In this document: positions 50,233 through 64,000 of the stretch, one piece after another
How the letters are laid out: every line of letters starts with the position of its first letter
Position numbering within the stretch: the stretch's first letter is position 1
Notes under the pieces: model-generated
The model's database searches: none
The model's input: only the letters and a program-made list of their open reading frames with translations
Told to the model about the DNA's origin: nothing
Program-made: the position numbers and the translations under genes
Source: Raillietiella orientalis
Taxonomy: Eukaryota
DNA length: 64,000 nt
Assembly: GCA_036172245.1 (NCBI GenBank)
Contig: JAYWIR010000001.1
Coordinates: 8,804,001 to 8,868,000, forward strand
Direction: 5' to 3'

Positions 50233-53200
50233 AAATAGGGCAACAAGTCTTCCTCTCAAGTTTTCATTAGCACAGCTGGCATTCGGATAGATTCTCAGTA
50301 AAATATAAAACAGATTAAGTAGCATTTTACGTTGATTTCATAACTGTCAACTGTTTATTGTTTCAATGATCATTCCTTGAATAGGTTTTATGCATATGGT
50401 AGGTAAATAAATGTGTTCATGAAATGATCAATGCATTTCCTCGAGTAATTTTGTGCACATGTTTGATGCTCAATACATGGTTCGACGTCACCACAGTGAA
50501 CTTTTGAATAGTTTGATGTATTCATAAAATAATGTTTCTTCCTATGCTTAGAGTTCTGCATCTTTCAATCACCGAAACTCAAAAAAAAAAAAAAAACCCT
50601 TACAACAGAATGTATATCAAAACCCAAAACTCTTTCTGGAGCCCCTATAATATGTGGAGTAGATATAAAACAGTATTAGGAATGATGAAGATCAGATAGA
50701 TAAATGTATCTATTTTAAATCATTTTTTCAAATATGAAAATGTCTATAGGTACGCATATTTTTGGAAGAAAATGTTCATATGAGACAAGTACGCCCCAGG
50801 TTGCACTTAAAATACTGGAGCTTTCAAAATGTAATTTTATGTAAGTGCAAACTTTGATTTTGCATCTTAAAGACTTAGTTTCCATTTCTCCTAGTGATTG
50901 GTGCTCAAAAATTTCCACGAAACATGCTCAGCCCAGGCAAGTTAAAAAAGTGCATCTATTTCCTATTCTGTTTGATTTTGGCCGTGTTTTACGAAATGTG
51001 TATAGTCTATATTTGCTGCTTGTGCTCTTCCAATGACAATTTCTTTTTAATTTTATCGATTTCTTTATAGAAATCGAAACCACAGATTGACCGGCAGCAT
51101 CATGAAGAGTTAAAATCACACAACATGCTTATTAGTTTTTCCGAGAACCACAGAAAGAGGTTTTCCGTCCAAATTGGCTTGCTTTCTAGAAGAGTCCTTT
51201 TTTTGTATTATGTTCTAGCTCGATTCATAACTTTGTTCATCTGAGATGTAATGATAGACTAGATTCGAGTGAACACGAGATGTTTTAATTTTCTGAAAAT
51301 TCAGCCTTAACCTCCTAAGAAAACAGAAAAAGCAAGCCACAACAAATTGTTCAACCATTGTGAATAATTTATTCCATTACCTCTAATCTATATAATGCAT
51401 ATTTCCAGTCAAAGCATCCTCGTAGGTAGTCGAATTTTTATTCTTTATCAGCTCATATAGTGCGATACAGCAATTCTAGCAGAAAATAACAATTGACCTA
51501 TGTTCTCCTACCCAAACTTCCATCCAAACTACTTAAGGGCTACTTCATAGTATCAAAAATTTAGTTGCTTCACTCTAGTGTTACTCCTGCATATACTTTT
51601 CTTTTCAATCAGAAAGTCTAACTACTTTCTTCAGTAGACAAATGATTCATATACAGCCTTTTGGCAAGTAATTTCAAATTCCAGAAAGCAGCATACATAA
51701 CGATGTTCATTACTTTCCAGGTTTTAATGATCACTACGCTAGTACTTACTCATTTTTTACAGCAAAATTAGCTAAACCTCGCAACTTTAGATCTTCCTGT
51801 ATTCCGTGATAATTATTTGAGGTGCCATGGACAACACTAGAAAAGTACTTTTGGAGAATAAATAAATTTTGAAGATTCCTTGTGATTCAGTAAAGCAAAT
51901 TTCAGACAGTGGAATTTGGAATTTCCTTCTATATTTATTTAAGGAAGTATGAAGAAATAGTATGAATATATTCGTTTTATGGGTACTCCATAGCATTGAG
52001 AATACGTTAAATTGTAGTTGGCAATGGATGAGTGAGCACAAAGCTTTAAACATTCTAAGCACATTTCCTCTTTAACAGCTTGAGTCTCTAAATTGCAACA
52101 ATTAGTCATCTTTCAAATCAATTAAAATTCATTAGCAGTTTCTAATGCAGCATTTTAAATCTCAAAGATGCTAAAGATTGAGGTTCAGTTTATGTATAGC
52201 TTCTTTCCAATTTTTTTCACTAAAGACACATAATTCGGATAGTTACTTATAAGGTAACAAATATTTCTACTTCTGGATTTTCTAAAGCATTTGTGTCCAC
52301 TCAGATCTCGCTTTTCGAAGTGTGTTTGGTAATTTTCCAAACTTTCTGGTTAAATGTTAGCATTTAAAGAGAGGAATTCTAAAAAAATTATTTTTCACCA
52401 TTCCACAAATTTCCTCTGTGGTTTTGTTCTAGAAGATTGGTTCTCTCACTTCATCCCAATATTTTAGTACTGATCGGATGCCATGAAATTTTAATAAAAA
52501 GTATGGAAGCAAAGTACATCCTAAATGTTTCAATAGCCTTATTTATTTTTGATAAAAAATACAATAAGGTTATTCATTTCTGATGTAGTATAAATTCCAA
52601 TAATGGTAAGGTTCCACATTCTTAAGTGCAAGTTGTATTCGTCAAAAATACGGAATCTGGAAAGAGATCTGCACTGTCGAACAGCAACGTGGAGCTATTT
52701 TGAATCCATTAAAAATGAAGGAAATGGACTCAGACTTTCTGAAGAAGTTTGTGATAATTCGGTAAATATTTCGAAGAAGCATCTTCAATGGAAATATTCC
52801 TTTCTCGAATTTAATGGTTACATTAAGATACTTCCTTATTTTTTTACAGCAAGACATTCAGGATTGAAAAGGACTTGCTTAAGGGAAAAGTTAACGAAAC
52901 AGCCAATATGTAAGGAAGAATCTTGAAGGATTTGATCAGAAAACATAAAACGAACGTCACTGTCATGGTTCCTAAGTTTATTTGTCTACTAAATTTTCAT
53001 ACGTAAGCACATGAAATTTACTGTTATGCATACTTGAAATTAGTTTAATATCTCTGAATATTAGTGATCTATATTTTCGAGCTGTTTTAAATAAAAAATA
53101 AATATGCCAATTATACACGTTTTAATGACAACACAAAATATATGTTGTATGTTAAATTATTGTTACTTTTCTGTGGTAACAAAGTAACAGGAAAATATTA

Positions 53201-53734
53201 GAGTGTAATTAAGATAAAATATGTCTTCCATGGTAATGAAGGAATTCGAAACGAAACTCCTTTAATATATAACCTAAATCGCTAATTTATCTTTTACAAT
53301 TGCACAGCACCGTATTGAATTTTGTATATTTATTTATTCGATCGAGGTGGTAGTTCTGCAATATGTGAGTTTAAAATCATTCTCCGCGATCATTGAATGA
53401 AGGTGTGCGTTCACCGACGAAATAGTGGAGTGTGGTATAAGTAAAGCTTTGTGTGTGCTTTCATCGAATATGCTACTACTGTATGTTCTTATGAATAATT
53501 GGTTGTTATGAAAGAGTCATGATGTTTGCTATTAATTCTCTTTAAAAATACCAGGTTGCATAAATTTTTTACAAATTTTTTTATAGTAATGCCAGAACAA
53601 AATGAAATTGTACCCTTTGAGACAAACAGCTAAATATTTTTGGATGGCTTGTGAATCATGGGGTACCAGTGTATTATGGAGATCTTCTTTTGAAGATTTA
53701 TTTGGTTCAGTTTATTTTGGGGTTAATATTCAAT

Positions 53735-54682
53735 ATGGATTACAAAACAGTTCATGAATTAATCAGCAGAATTCAGAATGATAGTGAGTTGATAGAAATT
53801 AGTTGCAGAGCCATATATAATGAATTTGTTGATGAAATTATATTAGGTAAATGTCCCCAGTAAAAACTTTTTGTATGGTAAAGTTATTTGTTGTAAAAGT
53901 TTTAAAAATGTTCTAATTCTTTATATCTTTAAGGGGTAATTTTTGAAGTTCATCGTGCTGCTAAACTTGGCCTGGATTTTCTGGATAAAACTGATGTTGA
54001 AGATGAATCTAAATATCAAATCTTTGAAGAAATAGGTCTTGATGTTTTTGGTCAAGCACCAACAAAAAAACAGCTAGAATGTGTTTGTCCAAACTGTCGT
54101 AGATCACTTGCTGCATCCCGATTTGCACCACATTTGGAAAAATGCATGGGCATGGGACGAAATTCATCAAGGATAGCCAGCAGAAGAATTGCTAATAATT
54201 CCACACCTACATATGTCACTGGTGGAAGTGAAGAGGATGATGATGATAATTGGTCGTTCAATTCAGAAAAGAGGGGGAACAAAAGGAGAAGGGATAAAAA
54301 TTCTCCTCGAAAGAGCAAGGTACCAAAAATAAGAAATGGCGAACGCTCAAATGGTATTGGTTTAAATAATGATGAAATCATATCAAACTTTGAGTTGCTT
54401 GACATAGAGCACAAGCGTGTAATTTTGCAACAGATCTGTGGAGTAGTATCAGAACATACAGGCAAGCGTTGTACTCGCAGTATTCGGTGTCCTCAGCATA
54501 GTGAAGATCAGAGACAAATGGTTCGTTTAGCAGTTCTTGAAGAAGTTCCCTCCTTAGATACTGTTTATACAGCAGAATTACAAACTGTTGATCCTTTAAA
54601 TGCTTATGTTTCTGTGATACCCTGTGGCCCCTTTCGAAAAGAAAAACTAAAAATCACTGTAAAAAAGACTTGCAAGTCATGA
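53735..54682 (+). CDS. ATXN7L3: SAGA deubiquitinase module subunit SGF11 / ataxin-7-like protein 3
   Basis: Exon 1 is 53735-53846, the intron is 53847-53933 and exon 2 starts at 53934. It reads IYNEFVDEIILGVIFEVHR, the Sgf11 zinc finger ECVCPNCRRSLAASRFAPHLEKCMGMGRNSSRIASRRIA, and the SCA7 domain CGVVSEHTGKRCTRSIRCPQHS. Confidence 0.93.
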
Positions 54683-57441
54683 TGTGTTTGGTTCTTTGTG
54701 TATAACATCATATGATTTTTGAGAATTTTTTATAGTGTTAAATGATCAATTTAATACTAGTCTTATATGTAGTCCATACATAAATGAAGAAAATGTGCTT
54801 ACTACAGAAAGTGAAAAGTGTTTTTGTCTCTTCATTCATTTGCCTAAGTTTGATGAAAAGTATCTTTGTGAAATCTGATGCATCACATGGCCCTAATATT
54901 GCAATGGATGGGAATGTAATTCCACCCATTGGAAATTTGGATGAAATCATTTTGAATTCTCTTTTAATTAATTTGAACCTTTCATAGGATTGGTAGCAAT
55001 TCCAAATCGCTTTAATGATTATGTTGTGGGCTAAAACACGAGAAATTAATCCGGAGGATGATTCGTGATTTATGGCACTTGAAAAGTGGATCGAAAGATG
55101 TGGAAACCGAACTAGGGTTTAAATTAGGGCTCCAACCTATTCTGCAAACCTTCAATTCCCAAGGCGTCTCGTGCATCATAAATACGTTGTTGAAATTGAA
55201 ACATTTGAACCCAACTGCACCATCGCAGAAAACGTAAGCGGTCTCGATCATTTTGTGATCGTATGCCTCACCTATGAAACGCTAATGTACGTCCTATTGT
55301 TTTTTTTCTTAGTTGTCTTTACATTTACCCGATAAAGTTCTGCAAGGATGGCCTGTGGGCTCATTCCCAACATTTTGCCACCAAGAGTAATCTTTCTGTT
55401 GTGGGGTGTTACGGTGATTCATTAGCTTTACCGTGCTTCCTGCCTCGTTCTACAACGCTACAAGCACCCAACACGTTTTTTTTTTCCACATTCGTTACAT
55501 TTCGTCTTTGTGTGCACTGTTCACTGCGTAATTTTGGTGAAGTATAGAAATGTACATCCTGTTTGCTTTTTTCGGTTGACATATCCTGGTTATCTCCAAG
55601 TTGAGATGGAAGTGTTGTGAGGTTTGACTTCCTTTATTCGTGAAATTAAACAAAGTACAGCTGAGCACAAGTCATGTACTGTTTTGCAAGGAGCAATACA
55701 TTTGTACCACAAACCTCATTTTCCAGTTGCTAAAAAGGATTAATTCTGGGAGTTTCGTGCGGTCAGAGAGATTACATTCCTCAGGAAAAACACATTCTGT
55801 GAAAACGATTTGATTTATGATTGTGGTAACACTACAAACATCAAACCTTTCCAAACTTTTGCAGTCTTGACTTGAATATCTTGTAGAAAACGTAAAAAAT
55901 GGATGGAAAAGGGTGGGTTGGAAACTTCGTGCGATAACAAAGACATTATATTTCCGTTATAAACGTAACATGCAACCAGGTCGCCGAGCTAGAACACTTT
56001 AGTTACTAAATGCATCGACCATGTTCAAAAGTTTGTCTGCAAGTAGAATCAAGCAAATTCTGATTCCAAGAAAGAACGCTTCGGTCAGTTGCTAACTTCT
56101 TTCTGTCCTCAGTGTTTTCTCATTTTTCATCTCGGAGCATTCTATTTCCTGCATTTTCAATTTAAGCGTAAGTGATTTGTGGAATGTTTCAGATAAATCC
56201 AAAAATGCAAGCATTCAAGAGTCTGGAAATGTTTGCACAAGCATAAGTAATACTAGAAGTTATAGTAATAAAGCATAAGAAGTAATAAAGTTTATGAACA
56301 TGAAATGGGGGAAATATCGAAGATATATATTATATGGAGAAACATTTACCAGTGCATTACTGGAATCGATATTCACTTTTGCTGTTTTTTTGTTCGGAAA
56401 GCAAAATCTCTTCTGCGAAAATCTGAGGTCAAATTTTATTACGATACATTTCAACTAAGGGGGCATTGATATCGACTCACTAGGTGCTTAAATGAGAGCA
56501 AATTGTGAATAATTGCAGTCACCCCAAAGCACGTGTGGTTACACAAAGTATTCTATTTCTAGATAATAGATGTTTTTCACCATATTCCAAAATTCCATCT
56601 CAAACTTGTTTCACATAAACTAATGATTTTCGATCGTTCACTGTGTTATCTAGCAGATGTGTACATGTATTTCGAACTGACGTTTAGTTCATGAATTCTC
56701 AGAATGTTTCCCTAAACCATTTTTTTTTTTTCAAAATTTTCTTTTATGTATGCATATATAGCTTTTCTTCTTTTAACCAGTGTTTTCCGATTGTATAAAG
56801 TGAGTGTGGATTTATATAATATTCCTTAGTTCCCAATAAAAAGTTCAATTTTGAGAAATACTGAGAATTCATTTCGGGACTGCAAACTTTGATACCTTTT
56901 TTATTCATAGGAATTTTCAGATTTTTCCATCCAAGAAACGTCTATGTCCGTAGATGTTTATAAAGTTAAATTTTAAATCATATCATTTAAAGCTCCATAA
57001 AACAATAAACGTGACCTACGGATTTCTAATTATTTATTTCCAGTGAACCTATGGAATATATGAGAAATAAGCTTCTATAAAATACTTCTATAAAATAGAA
57101 TTCATTACAAAAATCATTAAAAGAGAACAATTGAATAAGGAACAGTATTTATTGATTGCTGACTACTGTAGTGATTCCTCCTAAAATATAAAAAGTATCA
57201 TAAAAATGATTTATGTTGCGTCCTTCGGGTTTACTAGCAAAATGGTATGGTACCGTTTATTTGAGATAGACATCGAAGATATGAATAATTAGTGTGTGCA
57301 CCAGTGTGTGCGTATGTAAGTATGCAGTTTTTATGTCGTTTCGGAGTGTGTGCCGATTTTTTTTTTTTTCTTCAGTAAAAACTGTTTCGATATTCGTGAC
57401 GTATCCTTTATAATTACCAGTTTTTCAGAGTTCACTTGAAA

Positions 57442-58659
57442 ATGGCAGATGTTTCGTCAATGTCACAATTTTTCCAAGAGAAATGTTCATCTTCATCTGA
57501 AAGTAGTGAAGAAGAATCAGAAAATGTTATTAACTTATCAAAGAGTGTCTTAAATCATTGGGAATTGAGCGTCGTCCTTGAAGAAATCTGTGATAATTCT
57601 AGTCCATTGAGAGAAGCTACAGATGTTGAAGTTTTTTTGTGTTTTCAAAATCCTCTTCTGCAAGTGCCAAAGTCGATTGCCGGATTTGTTAATCTGAGAA
57701 CTTTAGATATCAGTGATTGCCAGCTAACCACACTCGATGACTGCATTGTTTCATTACAGAAGCTTTCTAAGATTGTGGCCAAAAACAATTATCTTTGTCA
57801 ACTTCCTAAGCTCTTCCATGAACTTGTTAATCTCCGTGAAGTTAATCTAAGTGGTAACAGTTTCCATTCTTTTCCTAGACAAGTATTAGCCTTACCCGAA
57901 TTGCGATATTTGTACATGGGAAAAAATTCTTTAGGAAGTTTACCAAGAACAATTGGTAATTTGCAAAGGTAACATTTTGAAAATTTTGTGTATCTATAAG
58001 TGTATTTTTTGAACTAGCCTTCATTTATTGTATTTGGGTGGAAATCGTTTGAAGGAAATACCTACAGAAATTGGCCATTTAACATCCTTAAGTTTTCTTG
58101 CATTGTGTCAAAATGAACTGACTTCATTGCCTGCAAGTGTATCTGATCTGCGTAATCTCCGGTCACTTCTTTTACATGAGAACAGATTAACTACCCTTCC
58201 ACCTGGAATCATCATGCTGAAAGCTCTTCAGGAGTTGAGTTTGAGAGATAATCCACTTGTGGAACTTTTTGTGAGGGATATGGTCTACATTCCTTCAAGT
58301 TTAAGAGAACTGGCAGCACGTCTAGTGCGTATTCAAGGTATTCATTACAAAATTGAAGATTTGCCCTTAACATTGCATCAGTACTTATTAACTGCACAGC
58401 ATTGCCGTAATCCGAAGTGCAATGGTGAGCATATTTTTAATTTCTGGGTAAATATGTAGGATTTTGTACAGGTGTTTATTTTGATAATCGAGTGGAACAC
58501 ATTAAGTTTGTGGATTTCTGCGGAAAATACCGGATTCCTTTACTCCAGTTTTTGTGCTCTCCACAGTGCTCTGAGGGGAATGCTGGCCCTGAAGTTAATA
58601 ATGAATCAATTATTGAGAATATACCTAGAGCGCGGCTAAGAAAAGTTTTGCTTGGATAA
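57442..58659 (+). CDS. LRRC58: Leucine-rich repeat-containing protein 58
   Basis: Exons are 57442-57968, 58018-58424 and 58472-58659 (introns 49 and 47 nt). An LRR array is followed by LSLRDNPLV..FVRDM.Y.PSSLRELAAR, CRNPKCNGVYFD...IKFVDFCGKYRIPLLQFLCSPQC and the C-terminus RKVLLG*. Confidence 0.92.
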
Positions 58660-60149
58660 TATCGGAAGCTTTAGTGAGTGAATTAAACAATTATCATATT
58701 CACTGATGTGCATTTCAGGTATACATCTGCAAAAAGTTTATAATGGGGAAGCCTTTCAGTAAACAACAAATATTAGAGTAAATATAGAACTATTATTTTG
58801 GGATTAATAATCAATGATATGTATTCATTTGTAATATTTCCTCACTGCTTATTTTAGTATGTACATCTTTATTTCCAATGAAAGCTATCTTCCAGATCTT
58901 CTAATGGTTATTGGGAATTCTCAGTATGTGTTCAATTTCTCATTCAATTCAAGACTTTATATGCACTGGGCAGGCTAAATGAGTTCTTATTTTGTTACAA
59001 CATTGGATGTTAAAATAAGACTTGAATGTCTTGAATATTGATTGACACATTTGCATTGCAAATAAGTAAAGTAGCTATCCTTGTGTTTAATTCATTACTG
59101 TAGTGCAAATAAATGCTCCCAAGTCGATATTGAGAACTTCTCAATAATGCAAGTAAGCAAGTAGGAAAGTAACAGTGTAGTATGTATGTATTGGTATGAT
59201 TGGAAAGTTGTCTTTGAAAGCATTTTATGTTCGAATGATTGAAATCATCAGTGAGTTTAGATTGGACGAACCATAGCAGTGATAAACCCAGATTGTGTGA
59301 AAAATGCTCAAGAATCTAGTTGAGCATGATTTCTTGTATTCTGTACACAAGTACAAAATTCAAAACATCTCAGGAAAATGCCATTATTTTATGGTTTTAC
59401 AATTTAAAAACAATGTATTCTTGCAAGACTATGTCAAGTTGTTTCAAATGCTATTCAAATGGTTACAAGTGTCATGTTTCCTGTGTTGTACAAATGCTTT
59501 TCGTGTTCCTCTCTCCATATACCATCCAGATTCCTTGCAAGCAATTTAAATTCTCTTTCTGAAACAAGTGAGTGGAACAGAAGTATTCACAGTTCACTAA
59601 AAGTTATTTCAAAGGTGTTTGAGTGTCACAATTTCACAAAACACAGAAATCAGCAATTGCGTTTTTAAAATAGTGGTTTGGATCAATGTATTATACAAAA
59701 TGGTTATGTGAAAACGATTATGACAAAAGTTTCAGTATCTTGCTGAAGCAGCACAAATTCGGTGGAGCGCCAAGTGATGTGAGTAGCAGTGCAGATTTGA
59801 ATTTGGCCCCATTTTCTCAAGCACGAGGAAATGGAAATCAAAGTTTTTATGATATTCTGCGACGCCAATTTTCATTAAGGTTTATGGAATGAAATTGAAA
59901 GTTAAATGGAAGTCCGATTAATTTATGTAAACTACAACCTGTAACGATGATGAGCATTGGTCATTATCACGTTTACGGGCTCAGAGAATTGATCAGAGTG
60001 CAGAATTGATGGATGTGCAAGATCGGTGCCAACCAACAAAGTACAACGTACGTCTGTCAAACAAAGGCAACGAGTGCCTCGCAAGCACTCTTTGTTTTTG
60101 TTTGACTGCTTCTCAGCACGTTTAACGCAGTGGCAACTCTGGATCCAGG

Positions 60150-61330
60150 TTGCATAACGGAGACGCCAGCTCTTCCTCTCTGACAGCTCTTCCTTTATTT
60201 CCCGCAGATTGGGTCAAGCGTGTCTGTGCGTTCTGCACCGGTGCAGTTCGTGAAAGGTCACTGCTTCAGGTAGCTGTAAGCAGAAAAGCCTTAAAGATGG
60301 TTCTTGCTGTAGGGTCAGTTATGGTCCGGAGTCGGTCTGCTTGTGGGAAGTTGCCAACAGTTACTTTTGATTCCAACACCTCATGGCCATCGTCACGGGG
60401 AAAGCAGACAGCTCGGTTTGCTTTGCGCTGTTATGTGTCTGAGCTTTCTTTAGTATCTTAATGTGGTAATTCATCCGAGTGTTCGCTCCTACATTTCAGT
60501 CTTCATCGGTTCTGGTTCACCTCGAAACATGAATGCCATGGTTGTCGTGGGAGCTCTTTAAGCTCTTTTGGGTTGTCAGGTGCACGTCTTCGGTGTTTGC
60601 TTTTTTTCCCGCCGTGCATCGAATCAGAATAAGCCCATCTCATGCCCTCGGTGGGCTTTCGGAGGATTTCGTTCATCAGCGCGCCCTTGTTTTGGTTCAG
60701 CGAATATTGTGCGCGGCACGTTTTTTCGTGCGACTCTGCTCCTTTGGGATGACTGCTTTGAATTTCCTCAATCTTACCGTTTTTTTGATACGCGTCCACT
60801 GTGGTCTGCAGCTGAGATTTTTTCGGAGACAGCTGTGCACCCAGCAACGTTCCGATCGCTTTCCACGAGCTTGTCCGAGCCCTCTTTCTTTCGCTGCTTC
60901 CTCGTCTTTGTCGATTTCCTATGAGACATTGCTGGTCGACTGGGCCACTCACATGGCAGTATGTTAGGATGCGTAGTATCTTTTGCCACACGGCGCGAGC
61001 CACCGGAACGAGTTTAACTGAAGAGCTCATGAAGGCACCCGGAACCAACTGTGCGTGGATGTGGACCATGAGCTAGGTTTGAAGACTGAAGCACGACTAG
61101 TGGTCTCCGTCCTTTGTATGGACCCTTCGGTGCTCTCCTCGAGGTGGAAGCACCAGGTAGTGCTCTTCCTACACTGGAGTTTCCAGTATCAAGAGCGCCT
61201 ACGCCTCATTTCGGGGGAATTGCATTCCCTAACTGTTCCAGGTGCGGGAAGATCGAATCGTCCCCGCATCTGTTGATGGGATTGGAACTCCCCTTCAAGA
61301 ATCGTAGTAGCGGCTGACTCCAGCGCTGTT
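60150..61330 (-). mobile_element. Heavily decayed non-LTR retrotransposon remnant, possibly an R2-like N-terminal region
   Basis: GC content rises here. One minus-strand frame carries a Myb-like RTWNS*GMQFPRNEA*ALL segment and KTCRAQYSLNQNKGALMNEIL, resembling the R2-type 'RRAEYARVQ...KN...EIL' motif upstream of RT. There are many stops and the boundaries are approximate. Confidence 0.35.
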
Positions 61331-61980
61331 GCACCCCGGAAGATCTAGATACCAACCAACATTTCCTTGATCTCGGTGGCTGCAGTAGCAGTGAAAAGAA
61401 AGAAAGGCAGTTAGCTGGTGTCTAAAGAATAAGAAAGGTATGCGGGCGCCGGAGATACTCATGCCCTTCGGAATTTGCCATCCCGGTGAGCTCAGAGTCG
61501 TGTGGATCCGCTTGTCTTAGGAACACAGTGCGTGGGTGAATCCGGGGATTGCAGCGATGGCAGGGAACTTGAGTCACCCGTGGGAAGGCGGGATAGGAGC
61601 ACCTGAGGAGGAACTGCCCTCTGGAACGTTTCTCCAAAAGCGTTGACAACATGATCTCCGGTGAGGTTTTGACGACAGCTTCAGTATTGAGGAAGAACCG
61701 GACAGATAACGGTTGATTCCTGTTAGAAATCGGGACTCTACGGGGAATTGTCGGAGGTGGTGTCTTAGGATTGTGAAAATTCCCGGCTTACTGACCTCGG
61801 TTGCTTCGGTTCGACTTTCCAGGTGACGCGTGCCCTTTATTAACTTAATCCTACGATCGTATACTGATGCGTGGAACATGCTTGATCAGGCTACACTCAG
61901 AACTGCGTGCTCATCCAGCCGGCTTCATTTCCAACAGCCAGTACCTGAGGTACTCCTTGCACCCCTGAAGAAGTAGAAGT

Positions 61981-63163
61981 GTGGACAGCTCCAAGTTACC
62001 AGAGGCACCAGTTTCAGGGACAAGAAGTTCAAAGGCGACTCCCACGGCAATGGAGGTGTGCCAACCCGTCCCCTCCAATGAAGGAACCGCGCCAGCATTG
62101 GCAGCATCGCCGCCGCAGCCGTCTCTGTCTTACGCGGCCGTGGAAGTGTCGCAACCAATAATATGCGGAACACGGCGGTGCTGACTATGGCCGTCGAAGC
62201 CCGCCATCTTTGAAATTAAACAGGTGAAGAAGGAAAGATGTTGGGAAGTTGACAAGGAAGTCAAACACCTTGCGTTCCGAGTGGGAATGCTGCGACTCGC
62301 GAACGTGAGGCACGTCTACGTGGCATCCCACAAAGAGAACGTGGATTTCCGAAAAATTAAAGCCACTATCCCGTCCACGAGTGGATTTACCGTGTATACC
62401 GCGTACGAGGAGCTGCATGAGACGCTCATGGAGCAGGGTATCGTCCTCAATGGGAGTCGGCGGATGCGTGGAATGGGAGAACTGTCGACCACCCCTGTCT
62501 AGCTGACCGGTGTACACTGCGTCACCAAACAGGAGGATGTGTGGGAGTTTTTCTCCCAGTACGGTGAAGTTAGGAAGGTTGTATTCCGCAGCCACATTGA
62601 GATCTTTTCCGGGGAGACCGTGGTGCCGATGAAGCGCAACTGCCTGCAGCCCACCTTTTGGACGGGCTGCAAGGAGTGCGGCTACAGCATGAGCACCTGC
62701 ATAAGGCGCGATGCTTTAAGTGAAGCCGAATTGGCCACTTCATCAAGGATTGCCCCAGGCCCTCGCAGTGTCATCACTGCAACATGTTGGGATTCGTGAC
62801 GAGGAAGTGCGAGTAGTCCGACTGGCTCGTGGCCCGAGGACGGCCTCCGCTCACCGAAGTGGAGGCGAAGAGGAGGCAGGCGGAGCTCCCCTCCCTCCAC
62901 AGTCAGCGACACGAAACCTCCTAGAAAAGCAGCTGCAGCAGAAAAAGCCCCCAAAGGAAAGGAAGCAGGAGGTTGTGGAAGAACTTCCTTTGCCTCTGGA
63001 AAAGGATGTGGAAAGCCGCGAGGACGAGGAATGGAAGCAAAAGATCGCGAAGTTCAAACATGGCCAATACCTGTTGACCGAGGAAGACAAGCAACATCTA
63101 AACGCTGAATATGAATCCAGATGGAGTCCACTTGTCCATCAAATCAAAAAATGCCGTTTCTGA
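61981..63163 (+). mobile_element. Pseudogenised ORF1 (gag-like; RRM plus two CCHC zinc knuckles) of an L1/Tx1-type LINE
   Basis: In one frame: an SYAAV motif, then the RRM-like TTPV*LTGVHCVTKQEDVWEFFSQYGEVRKV. After a frameshift near 62705 come RCFK*SRIGHFIKDC and QCHHCNMLGFVTRKC, followed by a charged low-complexity tail. Internal stops and frameshifts are present. Confidence 0.72.
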
Positions 63164-64000
63164 GAAAAATTTCGTTGCAGCATGGAACTGGGACTCGCAT
63201 CCTTCTCCCGACACTTGATCTCTATGCACGATTTTTCCCGTCAAGTTCTCGAACTCATTCCGTCTTCCAAGCGGACGCTTGTGCTTATCTATGGAATTCT
63301 GCGTCTCTCAAGTTTGTTCGTTGTCTGGGCAAAAAACAAACAAAGAGCGCCTACTAGAGTAGAAGAGCTCCTGAAGATTGAGTCATGCAGTGAAGTTGAG
63401 CATGGAGGAGGAGTCAGCGTTCGGATAGTAAGGCAGGGTTGTCCTGTACAAACTCACGTTGAAACCTGAATTTAACTGGGGTTCGGGATTCGACCATCTG
63501 GAAAGAAATCATGTGACCTGCAGGCCTAAAGTTCTTGGTCCTCCCGATTAACGCGGGCCGATCCTTTCCCCCCAAGAGGCAGACCGTCCCTTTCTTGCGC
63601 TTCATCGTCCCAAGTTGATGTTTCGTCTCCCTACCATAAGATCGTCCTGGGTCACCTGAACTGAACTGCCGTTTGATATGAAAGTCAGTGTTGTTTCCAG
63701 CGTTTTGCATCGTTGCTCATTTGTTCTAAGGGTCTGAACTCCGAATTTTAGATGACCCTCAGGCCTATGACCCGCACGTCTTATCCCAATGTGGGAGTTA
63801 ATGCGTTGGCAGATCAAGGAAACTTGGGAAGACGGTCATCAAAAAATAGAGGGTCTCCCATGAGTGCACTTGGGATTTGCGTTTCTTGCTCGAAAGAACG
63901 GTGCGGTGTTCGCAGACTTTGTGGGGCAGAGGGTGCTCTCCATCATCCCCGGGAGCTGGTCTTTTCGGTGCTTCCCACAAGTGCGTGTGATTCGGATTGC

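Overview
This is eukaryotic, AT-rich animal DNA with spliceosomal genes and very short introns, mostly 36-57 nt where I measured them. It is probably from an arthropod or other protostome, inferred from the PDZ-RH-C1-DH-PH RhoGEF2 architecture. Recognisable genes in order: RhoGEF2/ARHGEF11-12 (-, 5.8-24.9 kb), ACBD3/GCP60 (-), a TEX47-like gene (-), an orphan ORF with weak IER-family resemblance (+), NAA40 (-), TMEM60 (+), SGF11/ATXN7L3 (+) and LRRC58 (+). Repeats include a Buster/Charlie-type hAT MITE with an intact 8-bp target-site duplication (TSD), decayed non-LTR retrotransposon remnants at 60-63 kb and microsatellites. I found no CRISPR array, rRNA or tRNA, and no convincing novel multi-gene system. 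The best leads are: obligatory 36- and 39-nt introns; a GC-AG-bounded RhoGEF2 exon and candidate internal start exons; an inverted ACBD3 fragment with a collapsed intron beside a hairpin; a patchwork of exon relics at 2.2-2.9 kb; and a GC-rich multi-hairpin island at 40.3-40.6 kb. All family assignments are by eye from remembered motifs; no database searches were run.
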